Source of the DNA: Raillietiella orientalis
Taxonomy: Eukaryota
Reading direction: 5' to 3'
NCBI GenBank assembly: GCA_036172245.1
Contig: JAYWIR010000003.1
Location: forward strand, 3,596,001 to 3,660,000
DNA: 64,000 bases
A model generated the notes under the pieces. It was not told the origin of the DNA and did not search any database. It saw only the letters and a program-made list of their open reading frames with translations. Positions 13,317 to 26,339 of the stretch are shown here, in pieces (within the stretch, counting starts at the first letter, position 1; every line of letters starts with the position of its first letter). The translations under genes were made by a program, and so were the position numbers.

Positions 13317-13850
13317 GTTGTGCCGGGGCGTTCATTTATACAGAATAAACTGACAAGTCAGCGACAGGACTCTTGGTCCTGCCACGTTACAAGTGGAACC
13401 ATGGCAACCTGCCGAGGACCGATACGCAGACCGGTGAGGTTTGCCTCGGCATCCGAGGGGAGGGGGACAGGCAAAAAGAAAAAAAAATAAAACAAAAAAT
13501 ACAAAAAATTGGGGAGGGTTCGAAAAGGGATCACTGGTTGCTGCAGGACCATTGCAGGTCTTCCTCCGGAATGCCCAGTAGCACGCCCCAGCGCACGTGT
13601 CCACGAGGTCGAACACTCGGGGTTACAGCGTCCGTAAGCTGGGCCGTCGACCATTCCAAGTCCCGTGCAGGATGCCAGCAGGTTCCTGTTTCAAGACTCC
13701 CAGATGGGGCCAACTTGACGCTGTCCTCAAGAAGAGGACCGCTAAATAGATGGCGTCCCTATTGTCCTGGCCTCCTCTGGCCTTGCTCCCTGCAGCTACG
13801 ATCCCGAGTAGGCAGCAGAGTGCTGCTAGGGCTGCGGCCTGCCTGAAGAG
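13317..13850 (-). mobile_element. Same Tx1/L1-like LINE family, short rearranged 3' fragment (copy A)
   Basis: The minus strand reads RQAAALAALCCLLGIVAA...WPHLGVLKQEPAGIL, then WSTAQLTDAVTPSVRPRGHVRWGVLLGIPEEDLQW. This is followed by CAGTGATCCC, a T-rich tract, GGTCTGCG and ATGAACGCCCCGGC, as in copies B and C. Confidence 0.78.
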
Positions 13851-14015
13851 GCGCTTCAGACGTCTCGGATACTTCCGGATGTGCGGTATGCCGTCGTCGC
13901 GAAGTCGCTCTCCGTGATGGACAGCGTGGTGTCCTGTAAGCTCGCGAAAAGCAGGCGCCGTGAGAGCGCGCTGTTGGGCGCGCTCAGCATTGCTCGCCGG
14001 CCTGCCAGTCATGCC

Positions 14016-14378
14016 CAGTGGCACCTCGGTACTCGATGGTGACGGAACTCGTCGAACTCGGTACTCGTCGCATGTTGACGAGAAAAAAAAAGCTTCGACA
14101 CTCGGTGCATGCTCGGAACTCGACACCCCACTTTCATGATGAGACAAGTGAACGCTTTTATCTCATCATGAGAGTGACTCGCTAACAGTGCCGAACACTT
14201 CCATGGAGTGCCTCCCGAATGTGTGCTTTCTGTGCATTTTAAATGTTACTCATTGGTCCTGAAATGGTTAAACATGACATGTCACGGAGCCTAGGAAGGA
14301 ACTCGTTCGGTACTCGGAGGTTTCGGCACTCGTCACAAGTTCCGGAACGAATTACCGACGAGTACCGAGGTACCACTG
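14016..14378. mobile_element. MITE, probably pogo/Tigger (Tc1/mariner superfamily)-derived, 363 bp
   Basis: Left TIR CAGTGGCACCTCGGTACTCGATGGT (14016-14040) versus reverse complement of the right end CAGTGGTACCTCGGTACTCGTCGGT (14354-14378): 22/25 identical. There are internal GG(T/A)ACTCG subrepeats and no coding capacity. CAGTGGTACCTCG termini are typical of Tigger-like elements. The expected TA target duplications are not intact (CC / CA). Confidence 0.75.
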
Positions 14379-14616
14379 CACCTTTCTTCGTCCTCCAGGC
14401 CCGTGTTGGAAACGGGCCTGGAGTCCGGACACGTTGCCGCCCAGCAGCATTAGCTCCTGGAGGGTGAACGAAATGGACTGCTGTCCGCCGCTCACCGGTG
14501 GGATCGCCAAGAATTCCTGAGTCAGAAGAGTTTGAGGTACGGCGGCACGATGCAGCAGCCGTGCGTGCCGAGCGCGCGCGATTGTCCCTTTACAGTGCGC
14601 ACGCGCGTCTCCCCAC

Positions 14617-14740
14617 GGGTTGCCACTCTTCACGGATGAATTTCCCTCTTCACCAGACGATATTCACGACTTGTTCGAGAAGATGAAGCTGGTACTGTGG
14701 AAATGCAACGTGACCTACGGGAAGCTCCTGCCACGACGAA
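14617..14740 (+). mobile_element. LINE RT catalytic-motif fragment
   Basis: PLFTDEFPSSPDDIHDLFEKMKLVLWKCNVTYGK resembles LLFADD...SSPEDLQxLLxxL...WxLxVNxxKT. Confidence 0.35.
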
Positions 14741-17700
14741 CCTCTACCACTTTGGTATCCCGAACGCAAGCGAATCCTCGCAAAATTCTTCCGCCCACTC
14801 CTCGAATGAAAAACCACGACTTTTCGGGAGCTCGTGGTCTCGCGGACTCCGGGACTTCTCTGAAGCCGCCCGCGAGCGCTGGAGTTCCCGAGGCGCCAGT
14901 CCCGCAGCCTCCGAATTCGGGAGGCAACTGCCCATCCCGCCCCACGCGCGCGCTCGTGCCGGCCAGCGGAGACTCCGTCACGGAGACCGCGGCACCTCGA
15001 GAGGGCAGAGGCTGCACCACCGAGCGGCCCCTGAAGACAGGCGAGAAGCGGGCGAACCGTGGGAGGGAGCGTGCAGCGCCCTCCCTCTCCCTTCCCTCTC
15101 CAGGAAGGCGCCGGGTCGGTCTCTTGGGAAGCGGAGGGGGACGATAAATAAATAAAGACAAAGAAGGAAAGGGAGGAGGGGGTGGGAGTCAAGGCTCTTT
15201 GGTTTGGGATCGTTCCTTCCTGCCGGGACCGGCGTAGAATGCGAGCGCGACCCCCCTGGCGGCTTCATCCAGATGGAACCACCTTGTCCTAATGGAGGCG
15301 GCTACCTTGCGGTCTCCCGAAACTCCAAGGTGCTGCGGACTGCCACAATGGCGCCAACGCAGAAACGCGTCGCAACCACGGGTGCCGCGCGAAAGTCCGC
15401 CGTTTCTGCATTCGAAGAGTCGCCGCGGCAGATTTCTGACCGATGTCCTCCGGGTGCAGCGGCGCTGTATCCATCAACGGCTCCTGGAGGGAGCCGCAGT
15501 CCAGCGACAGGTGGAGGGGAACGGCTCGTCTCAGAACCAGTTCGAGGTCGCAACTCCCCGGGAGACGAGGCGTGGGCGCGCTCGTTGCACGAGGGAAGCC
15601 TCGGTGAGCGAATAGCGCCACCTCCTCGCGTTCCCGTTTCAAAGAGGAGCACCGACTCGTCGAAACAGGGGCAGGGGCTTCCGGCCCTTTGCAGGAGGAG
15701 CCCAAGGGTTCTTCCCGCCGGAGCGGTCCCTTAAACTCGAGCACCCCGGCAACCCTGCCTAGCAGGCGCGATTTCCGGTCTTCCGACCCACAGAGACCGA
15801 AAGCGATCGAAGCTTCCGGTCAGGCGTTTTTTTTGCTTTGTCCACTCCGTGGCTCCCTCACCTGTGGCCCTCGTCCCTTCCGAAGGATCACGCGGCGCGT
15901 CCGTCCTGCGGATCGAGAAGGATGGTCTCCTTGAGCTAAAGGCAGGTCGCGGTGCCCGTCGCGATGTTTCCCGTACCCGTGGTAACGATGAGGGACGAAG
16001 AAGGGAGTCCGTGACTGCTGCTTCTTGCCGTCGCCTCCTGCGAGCACCAGCATGCCGGAATGCAGCCGCAATTTTCCAGGCGACTCGAGGTCAGCCTTGC
16101 CGCTGGGTGCGGCGGCTGCCTTGCTCGCTCGCGCAGGCGTGGAAACGGAAAAGAAAAGGGGGAACGAGTCACTCTGGAGGAACGGATTTCATCTCGCGGA
16201 CTCAAGAGGGAAGGATGAACAGGACGCCCAAGGGCATCCCCGAGTAACGGTACTCAAGAGTCGCGCCTCACCTGCACCTGACGTTCGGGCTGTCCCTCTT
16301 CTAATGATGCCCTCTCGTGGCGGTAGGGTTTGGAAATCCTATCTCCGCTTCCCAGGGCGGCTGAGTTGACCTTGGAGGCGAAGGGGATAGCCGGAGAGGG
16401 AAAGGAAGGACGCAACTTTCTCGAGAATCGTTGCCGGCGACACTCGTGCTGCCATCTGCCCTTGGGATGGGCAACCAACACCTTCCGTTTCTTGCCTGCT
16501 CTTCGTCGAATCTTTCCTCTGCAGTCCCTTTTGGCGGAACCACACCAAAGGAGTCGCTCAGTGATGTGCGCCTCCACAACCCCCGACCCCTCTTTCCTAC
16601 CCGTTCCCTAGAGCCCCCTGGAGAGAGGGAGGGGAAAAAAAACTCCCACGGAGTCCAGTGCAGTACCGCGCGTTCCTCGCGCTCTCCTCCGCCAGGTTTT
16701 CCGCAGAGAGCCTTTGATCGATGATGACATCGTCCTCGGTATTCCCCAGCCGGCTATCCAGATCAAGACCGCATCCCAGCCGAGGCGCCGCTCTCTCGCT
16801 CAGGAGGAATCGAAGACGCTGAAGAAGAGAGGAGGAAACTCTCCGGGAGTCCTTCAGAGCTGGGACACGGCCGTGGCGGAAGCAGAGGGCAGGTGCGCGC
16901 CGGCGTCCGCTTGGGCGGCAGTGCTCGCCCGGTCCGTCGGAGCCGTTTAAACCCGTTGCGTGCCGACGCGTGCCGCCCGGCTCGCACGTCACGCGACGAA
17001 TTCGTCGCGGAGGCAAAACGCGCAGGCGGGCGGCAGCAAACGAAGGGCGGCGGCGGCGGCGGGCAGGACACGAGGAGGAGATTCAACAGTTGCATGCCCC
17101 GCGTCTGCTCCCCTCAGGCACGCCCGCCCGCCTCCTCCTCCCAAGACGCCGAGGCCTCTCGCACGCGCACCGCTCCGCGATGGTGCTGCCACAGCTCGGC
17201 GGCGGTGGGGGGCCGTGAGCTTCGGAAGAGGAGGAGGAGGAGGAAGAAGGGAAGAAGAGAAGATGAGGTGGGGGAAGAGGAAGGAAAGGAAGAAGGGAGG
17301 AGGACAAGGAGATGAGGAGGAAGAAGGGAGGAAGACTGAGGACCGTTCGCGGAACCATGCCGGCCGGTGGGTACTCCGTGGAGGAGAGCAACGGGCGTCC
17401 TTTTCCGGCCGGCCTAGACGTTGGAGGAGAGCGGCGGAGACGCTGCTGCCGGTCAGTCTCTCCCTTCCCCCCCCTCCCCCCCTCCTTTCTCGAGATCACG
17501 ATTTATGGCGCGCGCTGGCCTCCCGCCCTGCGGCTCTCTGCCGGCGCCCGTGGAGCGGCAGGGAAGCAGCGAGGTCTTTTTTCGAAAGATGCGCGCGCGC
17601 GCCGTAGGAAACATCAAGGTTTTTTTATTTTTTATTTGGCTTTCTTTCTTTTTTCCTTTTTGTGTGTGTTGGGGAGGGCTCGGGTCCGCAGCCACGCAGC

Positions 17701-20700
17701 CCGAAAAGCTGCCCCCACGGCCATGCGTCTTTCCTCCTCGTGTTCTTCGTGCCTCCTTGCATTCTCTCGTGCACGCGCTCCAGGAGTAGCAGTGGGAATC
17801 ACCCGTCTGCCGCCTCGCGGGCTGCGGCGACGGGCGAGCGTCGTCGCTGGCAACGCGCTCCTCGTCCTCCCCCCTCGTCCCCGAAGCGCGCGCGCTCCAC
17901 AGCCCACTGCGGAACGCCTTGTCCACCTATCTGCCCTCACCACCGCTCCTCACCTGATCGCTGCCCGCCCACGCCCTACCCGTAGCTGCGGCTTCTGCCT
18001 ACCCCTTACCCTTCCCCCACGCAGGGCCGTCGTGCGGCGGTCCTTCGCAGAGGGCTTGCGTGCCCGCAGGCACCGTGTTGGCTCGCCTTGCTCCAGACGC
18101 AACGGGCGCGCGGTGCGGCTGGGGATGCGCCGGTCATGTGCCGGGGCGGGGCAGGAAGGAAGGGACGCACTCAAGGGATAGGGTTCCTTTGCCCTTGCAA
18201 AGGAACCCGCAGGGCCTCCCTTCCTTCTAGGCCCGTGGAGATGTAGGCGGCGGAATCATCGTCCTGATGGAAGGGCGAAGCTGGGGACGCAGGCAGGCAA
18301 CCGTGCCCTACCATTTTCTAGCTCCCTCCCTGACCGCACCCGGGAAATGGAGTCGGCCCTTTCTCTGGGGTGTCCGTGAGTGGGCTCGCGAGGCAGCGGA
18401 TGGACTCCCAGTAGCGTCGGAAGGGGCAACGAGAGGCCAAGACGCCATTCGGGCCGGGGAGTTGGTTCCAGGAGAGGGCAGTCCCCAGTAGGAAACAGTG
18501 GAGCTGGGACACTGCTGGCGGCTCTCTCTCGAGAGGCTACGTGTGTCCCCGATCCTTGCTTTCTGTCGACGCCGCGGGGGAGGGAGCAAGTGGGGGGTGC
18601 GTGTGCCGACGGATGAAGCGTGCTGCATCGTCCGCTCGTTCCGCGAGCAGAAGAGTTGACCCCTCGTTATCAGAAGTCGGGTAAGGAGGGTTTTTGACCT
18701 ACGCACGCAGCGCGCATTCCCCCCTCCCCCTCCTTCCACCTTCCCACCACCCCGTGTTTGCTTTCTTCCCCTTTTCTCTCTCCCATCTCCTATTCCGATC
18801 AGAAAACCCCGCATTACGAACCATTCGGGGCTCAAACGGAACTCCGTTCCACACGTCCAATCCCCGTGACGCGTTCGCGTGACGTCATCGTCTCCGCGTA
18901 CAAGCGAAAAGAAAAATGACTTACGTTCTGCTTTTAGAAGTAATCGCGCCAGGCGATCAATAAATACGAAAAACAAGGGAAAAAAAGGAAAAACACGCGG
19001 TGCAGGGCTCATCAGGCATCGGAGCGGCTGCATCTTGTAATCCGAGCTTTCAGGGCGTGCATTCCGCGAGACGAGATGTTTATCTTTTCTCTCTCCGGTC
19101 TCACCTGCCCACGAGGAGGAAACGAGGGAGAAGGAAAATCTCCTGTTCAACTCTTGACGCTTTCGAAGCACGGAGCGGCACGCCTATCTCCTGGGAGGAG
19201 GAAGCAGCCTCCACCTGCCGGAGCATCCAAATCAACTCTTCATCCTCCCCCTGCGTCTCCTCGCTCCGTTCCCCGGTCTTTTCCTTCCTGTTCGGAGCCT
19301 CACGGAGTCGGCCGCGGCCGACGCCTCGTCGTGCGGAACGCGAGCAGTCGGAGGTCATCGACGACGGGGCAGGATCCGTGACCGATGCGGACCGGGGGAG
19401 TGGATGTTTCCCTACAGGGGGGGGGGAGCTCTCACGTTTCCACTCATCCTCCCAACCTCCGCGGATCCAGCGGTTTCGTTCGTTCGAATTCACCTCCGGG
19501 TGGCATCGAGCCACGCCTGCATCCGCAGAGAGCGGCCTCGGAAGCCAAAGTACGTTTTCCACTCCTGCCGTTCTGCACGCGCTCTGGAAGCTGCAAGCGG
19601 GAGAGCAGGGATAATTGCTTGTCAAGACGGAGGCGGAGGCGGGGGGGGGTCCTGTCCGTTCAGAGGCCCGTTATCCATGCAGTGATTTCGATTGGCATGC
19701 TCTCTGAGGAAACGTGCAATGGTGCGGACCGCAATTAAACATTCATTGAAGCCGCCTTGCCCTCTCTCAGGGAGCGGGACAATGAGAAGGCAGTTCTCCC
19801 GTAGGCGGTTAGATGGGTCTGCCTCGCTTGGTGGACGTGGTGCCCTCGCCCGCACCGCAAAAGGGTTTTCCCCGATGATTTACGCGGGAGGAGGTCCGCA
19901 AGTTCGAAGCGGTGATCAGGTGCCTCCGCCGCCCACTCGAGCCCTCCGGAAGATTCGTCTTGCAGGCGCGCGCGAGCGCACTCGCCTCAGCCACCGACCC
20001 GCAAGAATACCTGCGGCTGCAGGTCCGACTTCCTGTTCTTTTTTCTTTTTTCTTACCTTTTTTTTCATCTCCTTGAAATGAGAGCCCCGGGAGAAACACT
20101 TTAGCGAAAAGGAATGGAGAAGAGCTCGGGGGAAGGAGAAAAGACGCTCCTGGAGGCAGCGGCTTTGCGCTCCGCTCCGGAGCGCCCGACTGCTGGATGG
20201 TGGAGCAACAGTCGGCTTCCGGCCGTCCAGAAGCTGGCGACCCTGACGCCCACCTACCTCTCCCTCGAGGGAGTGGAGGCGATGACCCCTCCACTTCGGT
20301 TCCGCCGCCGCATCCGCGGCACCGTCCCCTAGCAGGAAGTTTGCTGCAGAGTCGTCGTCTAAGGTCGTAGGCACGAGCTGGCCTTCCCTCTCGCCTCAGA
20401 TTCTTCCTTCCTTCTCCTTCCTATTCCCTTCTTCCTCCTCCTCTGAAGCTCACGCCCCGAGACCGCCACCGAGCTGTGGCAGCATCGTCGCCGAACGGTG
20501 CGTACGAGAGGCCTCTTAAGGCGTGAGGCGCAGTGCTGTTCTGCCTGGAGGGCAGAGGACCTTTCCGAAGACGCGCCCATCCTCCCGTCGGAGTACTCGC
20601 CACTGGTCACCCGGTCATGGGAGAGACGAGGACGCCTTCCCTCCTCTCTGAGGGAGGCGAAGGAGGAAAGGGGAGGGGCAGAGCTGCCCGTTTCGCGCGG

Positions 20701-21269
20701 GACATCGACGCATCCGGTCCCGCTCGCTTACATGCCGAAAAGTTTGGGAGACTGAGGGCCGCTGCTCCTTTCCCGCACCGGCGTGTTTCCTCCTAGGGAA
20801 ACTCCGCGTGCCCCGAACAGGGGTCAGGCACTTGAGGGTCCCAGTCGGCACGCGAGGATGCAGATCTAAGTCTTCCGTGAGCCCTCCCTTCCGGCCTCGC
20901 GTTTACTCCGGGACAATCCCTGGAGCGCGGTTTCCATGAGGAACCGCTGCGTCCGGGAGGAGGAGGTGGAGGAGGAAAGATTGACAGCCGAGAGTCCCAG
21001 TAGGCGGGACGAACGGACCGGCCCACTGCTCGGGGTGCACGCCTAAGAGAAACTTGAGATGCATCTCCTGAGGGGTTAGACTCCTGCAGCTTCCGTTGCC
21101 AGGGGCAAAGAGCCGCGCTCCCGGCTCACCGCTGCCCTGATTCTGTCCGAACGCGCTCGGGAGAAAGGCGGAAGTTGCCAGCGATTCGTCCGGAGGCGAT
21201 GCGGATCAAAACGGAGATGAGGGCAGTCCGGTCGGATGGAGGTGCGGCCCAAATGGTCCAGCGAATGGG

Positions 21270-21570
21270 ACCGAAGTCAAGATGAAGGTTCACAGCCAAT
21301 GGCGAGATGGAGATCGCGACGTCAGCATTAGCATCGGGACCGGCGGGAGGAAGATCGAAGATCGGCCACAGATGTTATTTTTTTCGAGCGGAGGAGGAGA
21401 TGGCTGTCTCCAAGGAGACGCGAGGAGCAGCCGAGCGCTTCCTTCGGGAAGATTTCCAAAATTTCTTCCTCGGCTGGAAGCAAGGAGGTTCTCCACTAAG
21501 CTCTCAAGGCCGCATAGAGCTGATGTCTGCCTTCCCCTCTTTCTCGCGGGGATAGGCAGGCTGGTCCAGC
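21270..21570 (+). mobile_element. Decayed RTE-clade LINE RT thumb fragment
   Basis: SKMKV...ISIGTGGRKIE...GDGCLQGDARS...GRFPKFLPRLEARRFSTKL...VCLPLFLAG parallels the RTE pattern KTKVM...IGGExIE...DGxxxxDVxxRIxxAxxxFxxLxxxLxxRxxSxKLK...VxxxLLYG. Confidence 0.55.
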
Positions 21571-24229
21571 GGATCAGGGGGAGGAGCGGAAGGTTCCCGG
21601 ACCAGGCGGATAAGGGGAGGTGGAGATTCTCTCTCTGCTCCCTACCTCCGCCGGCCCCATTTTGGAGTCTGGGGTAGTGCACCTTCGGCCGTCCACCTGG
21701 AGTTCCATCGGAGCCATGGAGCCGGGAGACGTGTCCTTGGGGAGGATAATCTCATGGGGAGCTCGCTGACTGACCCAGATCCGCCCCCTTTTCGCCTCCT
21801 TCCCTTGGTACCTTCCGCTGAACGTTGGGGATGCGAAGAACGCCTCTTTTGGGCAGGGGCTATTCTTCGCGCACGCTGGGACCGCGCACGACATCTCGCA
21901 GAAGAACGAACAGCAGTAAAAGCCGTGGGATCAACCCGCCTCCCCTACGCCCCTAGCAGAAGTTCGTGAAGTCCCGAATTCTGCTCCAGAGAGGCCTTGT
22001 TTTGCTCTCCCCTTCTTCCTGGGTGCGTCCTCCGCGGACGTAGTCTCCCCTTCGAAGAGAAAAAGGAGTGACTGCAGGGTCACACATTCCCGTCTCATTC
22101 CAATCCCTTTGCTGACCTCCCTCCCCTCCCTTCGTCCTTTCCCCCTCTGCCCCATGGCTTCCTGAGACTCGTGGCTTGCGCGGATTCCAGCAGATCGGGG
22201 AGCTCTTCCAGATAGGTAGGGAGAGTTCCCTCACCCGGAGGCGCTGTCTTCCTTCACCCCTCCCTCACGCGAGAGGACGGCGGTACCAAACCCTCGACTC
22301 CCGCCACCTCGCGGCGGCGCCCGCGCAAGACCTGAAGGATGCTCCGACACGGGCCGAGGGCTGTATCCTCCATCTTCTGCCGGGTCCCCGAGGGCCTTGT
22401 AGTACCCTCGGATGGGCGCCGGGCACGCATGGGTTTCACCTACGGCCTGGTTGCTGCCGTTTCGGGCCGTTCGCGACGGTATTCCTCCGTCGCGTCTCGG
22501 ATTTCCGAGGCTCCCACTCTTTCCCGAAACTCCCTCTTCTCCCAAGCGCTTTATCGGGAGGAAGCGCTCCTTGAGACGCGCTTCCGGTTGCTAATGCGTC
22601 ATTCCAAAAGCGGGATGGGGTTATTTCGTATCTCGGAGCTCGCATCCCCACCTGTTACCTTCAGAAGGGAGGGGAGGGGAGGGGAAAGAGATCCTTCCTC
22701 CTCCTTCCTTTTCCGGACTTCACTTGCGAGCCTCGTCGTTCGAACCCTTGAAAAGCACGGCCCTTTGTCTCTTGGAGCCGGCTTGCACACGACCTTCAGC
22801 AAGAAGGAGCTCGTGCCAGAGCAGTCACACGTTCGATTTGCTCCTGAGAAGGGGGTGAGGGCGGCAGCACGCTTCCGTGTCAAGGCCCACTTGACCCCCA
22901 CGTCTTCAGCGCCGTGTCAGGATGCAGTGGCGTTTGCTTGTCCATGCCGCAGGCGACTCCCCTGACTCTTCCAAAAGCACCTTTTCGGAGAAACATGAAT
23001 TCGAACGTCCACAAGGCAGGAAAACCTTGGAACCTGGACCAAAAACTGGAACTGCGCTCCAAAGATCTGAGTTACCACGTGTCACCTGGCGAGGGTGTCT
23101 TTCTTTCGGTCATCCGACACAGGATGAGAAGGAATGGGCCCGTGTCCGCCGCGTTGCCCTGCAACTCTGCCACTCTGCCCTGCCTGGAAAGCAACACAGG
23201 AAGCGACAGCGGCCCACCTGCCTCAGCACGCGCGCGCAGACGGGGGTGCTCTTCTTCCTCCCTTCCTCTTCCTCCACCCCTTCTCCCTTCCCCTCCTCCT
23301 CCCTTCCTCTTCCCCTTCCCCTCTCTTTCTCCGCTTCTTCTCCTCCTCCTTTCCTCCCATTGCGCCTGGGGACAGTTCCGCGCTCCCGCCTCCGATGGCA
23401 GCATGCGGTGGCGCCCCTCTTCTTCGTCGGGCTCTCCCGCGCGCCACGATGCCGCCGAATCCGTCTGACGGCGACCCTACCCGAACACAGCGCCAGGTGC
23501 GGAACAGCGGAATCGCTCGCAGACCCACGGCAATGCGCTCCGCCCTTGGCGAACACATCGAGCCCAGCCTCAGGGATTTCGCACCCGCCCGCAGCGAACC
23601 GCTGGCGAGATTTCACACGCCCGACGAGCTACCCGCGCCCCCAGCCGTCCCGTCCTGGAGCACGCCATCAGCTGGAAGCCGTGACGGCAGAGCGCCTCCC
23701 TCTTTGCCACGAGCAGTGGTCCGGCGAGGGCCCCATCCGACCGACCCTGAATGACAGCCAGGCACGCAACCGACCTCTCCAGGGGGCGGCCTCCCCTCCC
23801 CAACCGACCACTTTCTCTTCCCTAACCCCTTCCCTTTGACCCTCCGGCGCAAACATGCAGACTCTTGGCCGTGCCCCGTGGGAAGCGCTAGTCCGATTGT
23901 TCACGCACGCGTTCATTCGTTGAGGTGGTCAACGAGCGGTGGCGCCGCTGGCGACTCCACCGCTCGCTCATCCACAGCCCAGCATCATCCTGACCGAAAC
24001 GCAACCGCAGAGAATGAGGTTCCTGCGGCGGCCCGCGGTGCTAGTTGGCGGTGCGGCACGGGAGGGCACTGCGACCGCCCCGGGCACGCCGAATAACGAG
24101 CGACACCGCAGCTTCCTTCCTTCCTAGCATGCCGGCTGCGAACGGAACCATGGCTACGCAGCCAGTCCCAGACACGAACAAGGCACGTCCTCGCTTCCCC
24201 GCGAGAGACCACGTCCGCTCGACCAGACG

Positions 24230-24520
24230 CGGTCGATGCCGTCGATCCTACCAGCGCATCCAGGAAGCCATGCTTCGGCACCGCAAGTTCAACGCCAGGA
24301 CGATCTTCGACGACCCCTCCCATCCCATCCGCAAGCCGCCTCACCCCTGCACGCGCCCCGAGGGAAGCGCTCAACGGGGCAGCGAGATGGCCCCCTCCGG
24401 GGGCAAGAGGTGGACGGAGGCGCCTCCTGCGCGCATCGCGCTCAGGCTGCTGCAGAAGAAGACGGGCGGGCGACGCCTTCCCACTGTCTCCCCCGTTCCT
24501 TTCTTTCTACTCGTTTTATT
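24230..24520 (+). mobile_element. LINE ORF2 extreme C-terminus (L2/Rex-Babar-like DPSHP motif)
   Basis: KFNARTIFDDPSHPI...PSGGKRW...ARIALRLL, followed by a T-rich tract. It resembles ARxIxxDPSHP...PSGRRY...AIRLL. Confidence 0.45.
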
Positions 24521-24839
24521 TATCCAGCGGTTCCTCCGCTTGTCGGTTCCGGTCTCTGCACGCAGCCGACTGTCGAGTCGGGGCGCTTCCCGCCCCACTT
24601 CCGCTTCCGGAACCCGGAGTGCAACGTCGGAACCTCAAGGACGCATGTCGGTGCTCAGGAAACCTCCGCGCACTCCGAGACCGAGTTGTCGTTGCCTCCT
24701 CCTTTCCCTCCCCTTCCCTTCCTCCTACCAGAACCCAAGAGTGACGTGGGGATGAGTTCCCCTTCCCTGCTATTATTTTGATAAATAAATGCTTCGGTGG
24801 AAGGGGAAGGCACCCTTACTCCACTGCAACCAATGGCCT

Positions 24840-25420
24840 CCCACCACACGGCGCGATCCCTGTCAAGACTGCCTACAAGACCTCGGTCGTCAGGCTCAAG
24901 AAGATTCTATTTCCCGCGCGCTGCTTAACTCCCAGCAGAGATCGAAACGCGCATGTCTCCGCTGCCGCACCGGCGCCAGCCAAGAACGATTTTCGGCCGG
25001 CCTCACCGCTTCCAGTCTGCGCCTGGGGACGGCAGTGCTGTTCCGGATGCCTCTGCGGGACGTCTCTCCAGGTCTCCTGGGGGGACTCTGGACTCTCTCC
25101 CCGCGAAGAGGATGTTCGTGGTCTTCGTTCACGGATGGAGAGGCTCCGCAATTCGTCTTTGTCTTCGCCAAGTCCACCGCGCGCTGTTAGTTTAAGCGCG
25201 ACCATTGGACGACCGCAACGTGATCGCAGGGAGGATCCGGGGGCTCTCGGAGCGTCGCGCCTTGCAGCGTACTGGAGAAGAGAGGCCTCCTTGGAAACGG
25301 ATGGCGCTTCTTCACGCTCCGAGAAGAAACTTGCCGTGTGGGGGGCAGGGGTTGGGGTACCCCGTCTCCGAGGGAGCGTGTTGGAGCTTGTGCTACAGGG
25401 CAGCGGCAGGATGACCCCAC
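24840..25420 (+). mobile_element. Decayed CR1/L2-type LINE reverse transcriptase fragment
   Basis: Colinear degenerate RT motifs in one frame: NDFRPASPLPV (cf. NDYRPISLLPV), LSPREEDVRGLRS (cf. LSPxQxGFRxxRS), RLAAYWRREASLETDGASS (cf. WLxSYLxxRxQxVxxDGxxS) and GVPRLRGSVLELVL (cf. GVPQGSVLGPLL). Judged by eye. Confidence 0.6.
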
Positions 25421-26339
25421 CGTCAGGGAGTCCGCAGGCCAAGGAGCGAGCCGTGTGCGCACCTGCTCAGGTGCGGGCAGAGCTAAGGTGGGTGTTTCGA
25501 TCTCATGGCTCCGGCTGCTGGCCGTTCCTGCGCACGGTCCCGGCGTGCCCTGTCCACCTACACGCGACCTTGAAGATGAGGAGAGACCAAAAGGAGCGGA
25601 ACGGAAGGGACAGGGGAGAGAGAAGGAGGAAGGGAAGGGGAGGAGGATGGCGCCAGCGAGGAAGCAGCCGGAAGGACCAAGGAAATCGGTCGCATCTTCC
25701 CAAGCACGCTCCTGGCGGCAGCAGCTCCTGGATTTCCTCAGCTTGCCGCGGCGCTGCTGCCACCTGTCTGGCACGATGCCAGGGGAGCGGAAGAGCGGGA
25801 AATGGGGGAGGGTTGGCAGTAAGGACGGAAGTCTCTCTCTCGGGGCGCGATGGTCAAGGGAAGGCAGTCGCCAGGTGCTCCGGGCGTGATCCCCGTGACC
25901 CACTGCGGCATCAGCGGAATGTTTCCGCGCATCTTCTGCCCCCCACGGCTGCATGTCCTCGCATCCGCAGCTTCGCCCTGAGCTTGAACGCACGTCCTTC
26001 CAGTGGAGCGCCTCTCAAAGGAAGACGCATAACGAAGGGAGAGAAGATGAAGGGGAAGGGACTGGAAGAGTCGCGCAAGTCCAGAAGGGAGAGTGAGATC
26101 GGGGAGAAGCATCCCCGCAAATCGATCGTCTGTTTACTTTTATTCCTCGTCCTCCTCTCCCCACCCCACCCTCTTCTTCGCCCCGCCCCTCCAGCTGCGA
26201 TGGCGCACCATGGCCATCGCAGCGAAGTTGTGGAGCACCCCTTGGTGCGTTCCGGCCCGCCTCCTAGCTAGCCAAGACTCAAGGACTCGCGTCTCATCTT
26301 CTGTGCCCCGGACGGAAGATCAGAAGATGCGGCCTTCTC

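Noticed and set aside
24778..26271. 497-aa ORF as a protein-coding gene
   Set aside because: The N-terminal half looks like a ruined LINE RT, and the rest is low-complexity Arg/Gly/Ser text from purine tracts with no codon bias.
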